A stretch of 64,000 bases of DNA from positions 3,224,001 to 3,288,000 of the forward strand of contig NC_089432.1 of the NCBI RefSeq assembly GCF_026210795.1. Reading direction: 5' to 3'. The stretch comes from Rhizophagus irregularis (lineage: Eukaryota). This document shows, in pieces, positions 40,745 through 52,099 of the stretch (its first letter is position 1; each line of letters opens with the position of its first letter). The notes under the pieces were generated by a model. It was not told the DNA's origin. It did no database searches and saw only the letters and a program-made list of their open reading frames with translations. Made by a program: the position numbers and the translations under genes.

Positions 40745-42260
40745 ATGTGCTTTATTAATGAAAATCAATTAGTATACGAATTTAATAAATTAAATATTTC
40801 TGATAAAGATTCTAATTCCGTGAAAATTAATCATAAAAATTGTTATGACCCAGATAATAAAAAATTTTGGTGTAAAGAATGTGTTCCTCGCTGCATAGTT
40901 GAAGGATGGACCAGTGGAAATGATGATATTGATAAATTTATCAAGGATACGATTTATAATGCAAATGATCATTATATTTATCCATTTTTTCTTGAATGGA
41001 TTCCATTTGATAGATTTAAAGATATGAAACAAATAGGTGAAGGTGGATTCGCAAAAGTTTATTCTGCAACTTGGATTGATGGTATAACAAACTATATTAA
41101 ACAAGATGATGGAAATTGGATAAAAAGAGAACCTGAATCCATACAAGTTGCTTTGAAAAGGTTGAATGGATCACAAAATATATCAGCTGATTTTTTAAAT
41201 GAGGTATTTTTTTCACATGCACTTATTTTATAATCTTATAAACTATTGAAAATATATTTAAATTTATTTTAATTTGAATAATAGCTTAAAACACATTGGA
41301 AATTAAATTTCTTACAAGGTAGTTCTTTAACATTTTATGGAATAACTAAAGATCCAGAAACTGAAGAAATTATGATGATTATGCAATATGCAGAAGATGG
41401 AAATTTGAGAAATGTTCTTTCAAGTAATTTTAACAACATTTTTTGGGATAAGAAAATTGGTTATTTATTGGATTCAACACAAGACCTTGAAAGTTTACAT
41501 AAACTAGGATATTTTCATAAAGATTTTCATAGTGGAAATATATTAAATATTGGTGTAACTTCTTATATATCAGATTTTGGATTATCTAAACCATCAAATG
41601 AACAAAAATTAGATAAAATATATGGTGTTTTGCCATATATTGCCCCAGAAGTTTTAAATGGAGAACCATATACATTACCTTCAGATATTTATAGTTTTGG
41701 TGTAGTTATGGCTGAGTTATCATCTGGAAAACCACCTTTTCATAAAAGAAAACATGATAATAGTTTAGCATTAGAAATATATAATGGTCTCAGACCAGAA
41801 TTTGGAAAGGGAACTCCTAAAATTTATAAGAAATTGGCACATAGATGTATGGATGCTAATCCAAATCAAAGACCAACAGCCAGTAAACTATATGAAATAT
41901 TAAAATGTTGGTATTATTATGATGATAATGAGAAATATGGATATAAAGGAGAGGAGGTTAGAATTGCATTTGAAAAAGCTAATAAGGAAATACCAAATAT
42001 TTCAACCTTACATGAAAAAGATCCGGATGCTATTTATACTAGTAGAGCATTTACATTTAAAAATTTGTTAAAACCAATTAATTCAACTTTTATTGCTACT
42101 ATATATCTTAATGAAGAAGATAATGAAGGTATTGCATTTTATATTACATTTTTAAATTTTATAAAATAATTAAGATAATAATAACTAAATCTTATTTATT
42201 ATAATAGGTTGTCAGGATTCTCAATTAGCTGGCTTAGAGATTTCTAGCTCATTAAATTAA
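40745..42260 (+). CDS. Tyrosine-kinase-like protein kinase with Cys-containing N-terminal motif
   Basis: Exons 40745-41203, 41285-42128, 42208-42260; WCKEC, WTSGNDDIDKFI, GEGGFAKV, VALK, HKDFHSGN, DFG, APE. Confidence 0.92.
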
Positions 42261-43435
42261 AGGTGAATATAACTTACTATCTTTATCATGGTGACCGATT
42301 AAAAAAAAAAAAAAAAAAAAAATTTATACTTGAAAAAATAAAAAATATGCTCATAAACAATGCGATTTTTAAGATTCCAATGGTTTTGGTATAGGTGACA
42401 ATTTCACGCTATTTACACATTAAATATAATTAGGAACTATTTATTTTTGTTTTCATAAAATCTTTAACATGCAGTGAAGTTGAGAGAAGTGTAAGTGTTT
42501 AGAACTTTTAAGCAAAACTTGGTATGATTTTGTTTTTTTTTTGCCAATAGTAAAGAAATTTATAATTGATTTTAAAGTTAGGTGAGAGTGGGGAAACTTT
42601 TTGTGAATTTTTAACTCCTTATCATTAAGATTTTTATTTTAGTATCATTAGAATCATCTTGGTTTAAAGCTTTTTTTTTTGATTTAATATTTATTTTTCA
42701 AAAAAAAATATTATTTTTGTAACTTATGGTTAATATTGGGCAAAATATAGATAATTTTGCTATTAAATACTATCATCAGATTATACTTAAAATAGAGCTT
42801 GCAGTTAAGCATAACTTTGCTTAATTTAAACAAGTGGATTGTTTACTGTGATTTGTAACATAGTAATTATTGCACATTTGATTTTTTTTTATTTGATTAT
42901 ACTAAGCAATAAATTAATATGTATATTCATTTTAGCATGTACTACATTAAAATAGAATAAAGTTAGAAAACTTTAGTTTATCAAGAAGAAAAAATAACTG
43001 ATGCATTATATTTAAAATAAAAGTCAACAAATATAGATTAGCTATTGAAATAAGTATAAAAATTTTACATTATCATTGGAAATGGTTTTATATTATTATT
43101 TTGATAATTTATAACTCATAATTGGAAAAGTTATAAAAAAAGATTTATTAAAATTACAAACTAAGAAACTTGTAAAATATTTACTATTCTAATCTTAGTG
43201 TTTTAAATAATTCTAAGTATAATAAAAAAAAAGTGAATATAAATATATAAGCTAAAAAAAAAAGAATTATTTAAATTACAAACTAAGAAACTTGTAAAAT
43301 ATTTTACTACTCTAGCCTTAGTGTTTAAATAAATTTAAAAAGAATAAAATGAAAAACAATTTCTTTTGAATGTGTAATATCAAATATCACTTAAAAATTA
43401 AAACTATAAATTTTTTAAAAACAAACAATGATTAG

Positions 43436-46400
43436 TTAATTTTCATCTGTTTTAATATCTAAATAATTAAATATTAAATAAAATTAATTTCATATAAATA
43501 ATTTGAAAGATTAATTTTTTTTATATACTATATTACATACCTAATGACTTCAAATTAACCATACATCCACTCAAATCTTCACTTGCTATCATTTCATTCA
43601 ATTTTTTACTAGTAAAATCAAGTAAACGACTTGTATAACATGCTTGTGGATGTGATTCAGTAACAAGATTGTTGTTATGCTGCCCAATTGGTGCATTTAT
43701 AAATTCCATAATGTTGCTTTTTAATTCTTCACTGTCTTCATAAGAATTGAAAATCCAATTTTTAATAATTTTTAACACTTCTTTAGAAGATGGTCTTTTT
43801 GATGAATCTTCATTCCAACATTTTTTCATTAAATCTACATAACATTGTGGAGTATTTTCAAGAATTTCAGGACGTACACCCTTACAAATACTCAAACTAA
43901 GTTGAATATCATGTGCTCTATTATTAAATGGTGGTATCCCGGATGTAAGTTCCCACATAATCATAGAAAAACTATATATATCACTAGCTGGAGTATAAGA
44001 TTTGCCTCTTAAAACTTCAGGAGCCATAAATGGAATTACACCATAAATATCATACTTTTTCAAAAATGATTTTACAGGTTGGCATAATCCTAAATCACTA
44101 ATATAAAATTTATCCTTATTGCCATCATCATTATGATTTAAAATATTACCATCATGAAAATCACAATGAATAAGATTTTTTTCATGTATATCACTAAGTC
44201 CAGAAATAATTTCGTACAACATATATAATTTTTGATTCCAATTATTTTTTACTATTCTTGTTAAATTTTCTCTTAAATTACCTTTATTTGCATAATCCAT
44301 TACTACCATATATTTTGAAATATTTGGATCTTCTGTAAATCCATAAAAAAATATAATATCATCCGAACTTGAAACGCTTGTATGATATTTCCACTAAAAA
44401 AAATAATAATAATTTATTAATTTTAGTTTAAATTAAAAATAAAAAATAATATACTATCATACTTCTTTTAAAAATTCATTTAAATTTTCATTCAAATTCT
44501 TGTGACATTTAAGAATTACTTCTTCATCTTTATTATTATTTAACCAAGTAGCTTTATATATAGTACCAAATCCTCCTTCATTAAGATATTCAACATTCTT
44601 AAATTTGTTATAAGGAATCCATCTTAATTTTTTTTCAAGAATAAAATCATCTATAATTGTATTTCCACTTTTCCCATATCTATAAATTTAAATAATTAAA
44701 ATTATATTATAAATATTATATATAGATTGTATTATAATTTGCACAAAACAAATTATTACTTACTCTAAAATTTAAATAGGCATTTAACGTAATATAATAT
44801 AAGTCTTAATTTTTGGATAAATACATATAACAACCTATAATTTACAACTTACCAACTAAAGTAACAAATATTTTTCAAATGAAAGAATTCAGTTATCAAA
44901 TAAATATTATATAAAATATATAATGATAGAGATACTTACAAGCTAGATCATAAATAATTTTAAATAAAAAAATTAGTTAGTTTAAATTATATGAGCGTAA
45001 ATATTATAACAATAAGTAATAATAGAATTAAAATAATTAACTTACGATCTAAAAGAATTTAGTTAGTTTAAATTATATGTAAATATTATATAAGCAAGTA
45101 ATAATAGAATTAAATAAATAACTTACTCACTATATTTTTAAATAATTTTTTAAATAAAGATTTAGTTAGTTTAAATTATATGTAAATATTATAACAATAA
45201 GTAATAATTGGATTAAATAAATAACTTACAATCTATTAAATAAATAAAGAAATTTAGTCAGTTTAAATTATATGTAAATATTATAACAATAAGTAATAAT
45301 AGAATTAAATAAATAACTTACAATCTATTTAATAAATAAAGAAATTAGTTAGTTTAAATTATATGCAATAATAGAATTAAATAAATAACTTATAACTTAC
45401 GAACTATTAAATAAAGAAATTAGTTAGTTCAATTATATGTAAATATTATAACAATAAGTAATAATGGAATCATTAAATAAATAACTTATAACTTACGAAC
45501 TATTAAATAAAGGAATTAGTTAGTTTAAATTATATGTAAATATTATAACAATAAGTAATAATTAAATTAAATAAATAACTTACACCCTATATTATTTAAT
45601 AATTTTTTAAATAAAGAAATTGGTTAGTTTAAATTATATGTAAATATTATAACAATAAGTAATAATTAAATTAAATAAATAACTTACGATCTATTAAATA
45701 AATAAAGAAATTAGTTAGTTTAAATTATATGTAAATATTATAACAATAAGTAATAATTGAATTAAATAAATAACTTACGATCTATTAAATAAATAAAGAA
45801 ATTAGTTAGCATAAATTATATGTAAATATTATAGCAATACTAAGTAATAATAGGAATTAAATAAATAACTAATAACTTACGAACTATTAAAAAAGAAATT
45901 AGTTAGTTTAAATTATATGTAAATATTATAACAATAAGCAATAATAGAATTAAATAAATAACTTACACCCTATATTATTTAATAATTTTTTAAATAAAGA
46001 GATTAGTTAGCCTAAATTATATGTAAATATTATAATAATAAGTAATGATAGAATTATAGAATTAAATAAATAACTTACACCCTATATTATTAATAATTTT
46101 TTAAATAAAGAAATTAGTTAATTAAAATTACATGTAAAAAATAATAGAATTAAATAAATAACTTACGATCTATTAAATAAATAGTTAGTTTAAATTATAT
46201 GTAAATATTATAACAATAAGTAATAATAGAATTAAATAAATAACTTACCATCTATTAATAAATAAAGGAATTAGTTAGTTTAAATTATATGTAAATATTA
46301 TAACAATAAGTAATAATTGAATTAAATAAATCACTTACACCCTATATTATTTAATAATTTTTTAAATAAAGAAATTAGTTAGTTTAAATTATATGTAAAT

Positions 46401-47965
46401 ATTATAACGACATGTAATAATTAAATTAAATAAATAACTTACGATCTATTAAATAAATAAAGAAATTAGTTAGTTTAAATTATATGTAAATATTATAACA
46501 ATAAGTAATAATAGAATTAAATAAATAAACTTACTATCTATTAAATAAATAAAGAAATTAGTTAGTTTAAATTATATGTAAATATTACAACAATAAGTAA
46601 TAATTGAATTAAATAAATAACTTACCATCTATTAAATAAATAAAGAAATTAGTTAAAATTATATGTAAATATTATAACAATAAGTAATAAGAATTAAATA
46701 AATAACTTACTATCTATTAAATAAATAAATTAATTAATTAGTTTAAATTATATAAAAATATTATAACACTAAGTAATAATAGAATTAAATAAAAACTTAC
46801 AATCTATTAAATAAATAAAGAAATTAGTTAGTCTAAATTATATGTAAATATTATAACAATAGTAATAATAGAATTAAATGAATAACTTACACCCTATATT
46901 ATTTAATAATTTTTTAAATAAAGAAATTAGTTAGTTTAAATAGTAATAATTAGAATTAAATAAATAACTTACGATCTATTAAATAAATAAAGAAATTAGT
47001 TAATTTAAATTATATAAAAATATTATAACAATAAGTAATAATTGAATTAAATAAATAACTTACGATCTATTAAATAAATAAAGAAATTAGTTAGTTTAAA
47101 TTATATGTAAATATTATAACAATAAGTAATAATAAAATTAAATAAATAATTTACCATCTATTAAATAAATAAAGAAATTAGTTAGTTTAAACTATATGTA
47201 AATATTATAACAATAATTAATAATAGAATTAAATAAATAACTTACGATCTATTAAATAAATAAAGAAATTAGTTAGTTTAAATTATATGTAAATATTATA
47301 ACAATAAGTAATAATAAAATTAAATAAATAATTTACCATCTAATAAAGAAATTAGTTAGTTTAAATTATATGTAAATTTTATAACAATAAGTAATAATAG
47401 AATTGAATAAATAACTTACATGCTATATTATTAATAATTTTTTAAATAAAGAAATTAGTTAGTTTAAATTATATAAAAATATTACAACAATAAGTAATAA
47501 TAGAATTAAATAAATAATTTACCATCTTTTAAATAAATAAATAAAGAAATTAGTTAGTTTAAATTATATGTAAATATTATAACACTAAGTAATAATAGAA
47601 TTAAATAAATAACTTACCGTCTATTAAATATATAAAGAAATTAGTTAGTTTAAATTATAAGTAATAATAGAATTAAATAAATAACTTACCATCTATAAAA
47701 TAATTTTTTAAATAAAGAAATTAGTTAGTTTAAATTATATAAATAATATAAATATAGATATCATATAACTTACACCCTATAGTATTATTAATTATTAATT
47801 AGTTAGATATAAAGATAATATAAATGCAAATTATATATATATTACTTACAATCTAGTTAAATATAATTAGTTGAACTATGTAAAATATTAAACATGAATT
47901 ATTTATAAATAAAAACTTAATATTTCAGTTTGAGTTTGTTTGATACCTTTAATACGTTGATCCAT
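43436..47965 (-). CDS. TKL protein kinase whose N-terminus is predicted to be encoded by 34 three-nt micro-exons and one 1-nt exon
   Basis: Kinase exons 44679-44463, 44393-43541, 43458-43436 (EGGFGTIY, VILK, HCDFHDGN, DLG, APE) are secure. Exon 44679 has no ATG and starts after a TAG acceptor; micro-exons lie at 44764-47852; candidate first exon 47965-47947 (MDQRIK). Confidence 0.8.
44960..47750 (-). repeat. Tandem repeat, ~31 units of ~72-112 bp; each unit is one intron plus a 3-nt exon
   Basis: Minus-strand consensus GTAAGTtatttatttaattctattattacttattgttataatatttacatataatttaaaCTAACtaatttctttatttatttaaTAG-NNN. Confidence 0.95.
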
Positions 47966-48998
47966 TACTATATCAAAATTCTCCCTAATTGGAAAAGAAG
48001 TAAATATCTTTTTTTCTTTTTTTTAAAATGCCTTTATTTATTAGTATAAATAAATATGGTAACAATATTTATACAAAATACATTGTGTTAATTACAATTA
48101 CAAGCATTGCATCATTGCATATATGACAAACAAATTTTGCACAACCGGAATGTATATCAATTATTACAAAATCGCAGTAACTGGTTAATCTTTTCGTCTT
48201 AGGTAATTATTAAGCACCAATGAAATGATTATCATTCATATTAGTTTTGTTAATATCGTTTTTAAATAAATTATAGCACTTTGAAACAAAAAAAAAAAAA
48301 TATTTATAATTTGCCAATCTTCTCACTATTAAAAAAGGTTTGAAATAAAATAAATAAAATATAAAGTTATAAAAACAAAAAAAAACACTCCAATTAAGGT
48401 GCATGGTTATGGTGTTATATGTGAATTTCAGCCACCTCCTTTTTAGAAATATAGATCATGTTTAATAATGGCTAATTTTTGCAATTTTCCAAATTTAATT
48501 AGTGTTCAGTAAAATTTTGTCCACATACTAATTAATCATTTTGTCACTGATCGGTAAGATCATGAATTGTTTAATTATAAAAATATTTTTCAAAATTTAA
48601 TTAATAAATGCTTGACAATTCAGGCATTAAGTCATATAGGTGAAAATTTTTGGGTAATGCTGGGGTCATCCACCCATACGATCAACTGGTACTTATATTT
48701 ATATTATTTTTTGTCAAAAATTGTGGAATAAAAAATAATGTGAATTTCTGATTATTGGTTACTAATGCTAATAAAAGCAATGGAATTTAATTGAATCAAT
48801 AGACACTGGATTTCCATCTTCTTTTTTAATGATAATTAATTATTAATTAATTTTTTGAAAAACTATAATTTTTTATTATTCTAAACAATAATAATCAAAC
48901 AACTAAATTTCTTGAATATTCACATACGTATAATATTGGTAAAACTAATTGGATTAGTACTGTAAAAGAATCCTGAACAATATATATACACAGTATAT

Positions 48999-49249
48999 TA
49001 GATGGGTTTGGGCCGGCAAACTTTCTTCAAAATTCACCCAAGCCGGGTCCGGGCCGGCACATGATTTTTCGTTAAACCCAGATTTTTGTAATTCTGGCCA
49101 AAATCGTCTTAATTCCGGCCGAAATTAAACTGGGCTAAAATTAAGTTGGCCGATTTTTGTTGTTTTTACAACAAATGATATAATAATAATCCAGGTTCGG
49201 TCCTGCAGGCCGGGCCGGGTTGTAAAATAGGGGTCAATGCAGACCTCTA
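48999..49249. mobile_element. Degenerate hAT-like MITE
   Basis: tagatgggtttgggc ... gcagacctcta ends; cagtatat/gtgtatat imperfect 8-bp flanks; ggccgg motifs. Confidence 0.45.
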
Positions 49250-49699
49250 GTGTATATAGGTCAGATGAAAATTTCAAAATTTACTCAAACTATTTACAAT
49301 CCTGCTAAGCAAATTCTTATTATGACATTAAGATTTTCTACATTACTAAGCAATTTATTTTGTGACCATTTATAAAAAAATATATTTATATATTTATTAA
49401 AAATATTTTATTTAAACACAATTTTAAATATGAATTATAATGACTATTGGTAAATTTTTTAAGGTAAAAATCTGCGAAGAAATTTCTGCGCAGATCTGCA
49501 AGTGTTAAAAAAATCTGCGCAGAATTTTTAAAATACATCTGTGAAATTCTTCAGAATATTAAAAAATTTAGTATTGGACACTGCATTAATTAATTCATTT
49601 ATAAATTGAAATCTTTTTATTAAACTGTATTTAATAATATTTACAAAATTAACAAAAAAGTACATATTACATGTTGAAAGTTATCAAAGAAAAAAAAGA

Positions 49700-52000
49700 T
49701 TTTATTAAATGCACTAAAATCAAAGTTCCGTCGTCTTCTTTACATCAAATTCATATGTTGTTAATGGTTTGGGACATTGTTCCAGTTGGTTCGATTCCAA
49801 CAAACAACAAATAAAATAGAAAAAATCCAAAGTTCTTTGCGCACATTCACTAGAGTACAGAATATTAGAACTACAAAATAAAAAGAAACGTTAGTAACGT
49901 TTCTTGAAAAAAAAATTTTAAAATTGTTTCACAACATTAAAGTATTGCGAAACTTACCATTTCGATTTTCCACTATCGAAAGTCTGAAACTTACAAAAAG
50001 AAAAGGAAGAAACATTAGTACCGTTTCTTTGAAAAATAAAAATGAAGATTTCGAAGATTACCTTCGAAATTTCGTCTAATGAGCATTCAGAAACCCGTAA
50101 ACCTACAAAAGAAAGAAAATCGAAATGTTAGTAAATCATTTTGATAAAAAAAAGCAAAAAATTTCAAAGAAATTACCTTTGAAATTCAATCCAAGCACCA
50201 GAAATCCGTAGACCTACAAAAAAATAAATAAATAAATAAACGAACGTTAGTGAACATTCGTTAAATAAACAAACATAAAGAATTTCAAAGTTTTACATTA
50301 GAAATCCCATCCAGGCGGTGACCAAATGCCGAAAACCTACCAAAAAAAAAACGTTTCGTTTAAATAAAATAAAAAAAATGTAGAATTTCGAAGTTTTACC
50401 TTCGAAATTCCGTCCAAGAGGCACCAAGAAAGCCGAAAATCTACAAAAAAAAAAGAAAAACGAAACTTTAAATAACGTTTCGTTTAAAAAATAAAAAAAA
50501 TATTAGTTTTGTAACGAAAAGTTCGTTACGAAACTTACCATGTTGAAAATTCTGTCCAGACGAAACTGGAAAGCTGGAAACCTACAAAAGAAAAACTGAA
50601 ACGTTAGTCAACGTTCGTTCAAGTAAAAAATAAACAAAAAAAAATAAAAAAATTTCCTTCGAAATTCCGTCCAGGAGAGTTCAGGAGAGCCAGAACATAA
50701 AAAAAGAAAATCGAAACGTTAATAACGCTTCGTAAAAATAAACAAAAAATAAATAAAAAATAAAAATAAAATCGAAGTTTACTTTTGAAATTAAGTCCTT
50801 CGGCGTCCTGGACCTACGAAGAAAGAAAAAAACGAACGTTAGTGAACGTTCGTTAAAAAAAAAAGACTCCTTTTTTTTTAAGTTATTTACCTTCGAAATC
50901 GAGTCCCGTACCTTCGGCGTCTTGGACCTACAAAAATGAAACGAACGTTAGTTAACGTTCGTAAAAAAATCTAATAAAAAAAAAACACTTTCGAAGGATA
51001 TAAAGGATATACCCTCGAAATGGAGCCCACGAAGCGTCCGGAAAGCCGTGGACCTACAAAAGAGAAAGCCGAAACGTTGGTAAACATTACGCTAAAATAA
51101 AAGAAAAAAAAGTAAAATGAAAAATTTCGAAGCCTCACCTTCGAAATAGGAGACCGGAACCTGCCTTTCGGTTTCTTGTACCTACGAAAAGTAAAAAAAT
51201 GAACGTTAACATTAGTAACGTTCATTAAATAAAATAATAAAAAAAAAAATCGAAGGTTTTACCTTCGATATGAAAACCTTCGATATGGGAGTCCGGAACT
51301 TGTCTTTCGGCTTCCTTTACTTAAAAAAAAAGAAGTACGAACGTTACTAACGTTCGTCAAATAAATTAATAAAAACTTTTTTTCGAAGGTTTACCTTCGA
51401 TATGGGCTATGGTGCAGGCTGTACATGCAAAGTTGGCAAGATAATCTTTGTCGTTTTTGCTAAAATTGCGAAGAAAGATGAATAAGGTTTATAAGACTAA
51501 CACCCGCTTGAGCAAGAGAACCCCAAAGGGGAATTCCTAGATATGCAGTTCTGTCGGGATTATAATTCTTATTAGCATTTCCAGCAAGTGATACCAATGC
51601 ATCCATGGTATTAACATCCAAATATGCGGGAAATACTTCAAAATCATACGATCTGGCAAATATAGTGTCTTTTATTACTGGAGGGAGAAAATTGCCAATC
51701 TTCCCGTTTGTGGGAGTCTAGAACTCGTTTCGGTTTCCTTTACCTAAAAAAAGGAAATACGAATGTTACTAACGTTCGTCAATAAATTAAATAAAAAAAA
51801 AATTAATTTTTTTCGAAGGTTTTACCTTCGATATGGGTCCGGAACTCGTTTCGGCTTCCTTTACCTAAAAAAAAAAGAAATACGAACGTTAGTTAACGTT
51901 CGTTCAATAAAAATTAATTAAAAAAATAATCGCTTTTACCTTCGATATGGAAGTCCGGAACTCGTTTTCGGCTTCCTTTACCTAAAAAAAAAAGAAATAT
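49700..52000 (-). ncRNA. Array of ~15 short (~30-55 nt) exons separated by hairpin-structured GT-AG introns; putative spliced non-coding RNA
   Basis: Period ~110-140 bp; AAG|GTAA donors, CTAAC/TTAAC branch points inside aacgtt..aacgtt palindromes, T-tract plus TAG; AATAAA-like signal near 49700. Confidence 0.6.
51407..51712 (-). pseudogene. Captured fragment of a Crinkler-NTPase paralog
   Basis: Translates TNGKIGNFLPPVIKDTIFARSYDFEVFPAYLDVNTMDAL..AYLGIPLWGSLAQAG, homologous to ~11671-12002. Confidence 0.9.
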
Positions 52001-52099
52001 TTACGAAAAAAAAAGTTTTTTTACGAAATATAACATATCTGACTTCATTTTGTTCTTTTGTTTTCTGAAGTGTTATCTGGTATTACTCCAATCACGTAC

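Noticed and set aside
44960..47750. CRISPR array or plain satellite
   Set aside because: The variable part is only 3 nt, there are no cas genes, the context is eukaryotic, and the units carry complete splice signals
49860..52000. CRISPR-like palindromic repeats with spacers; ORF 50971-51225
   Set aside because: The 'spacers' are homologous to each other and the repeats are degenerate intron-like units; the ORF reads through intron T-tracts
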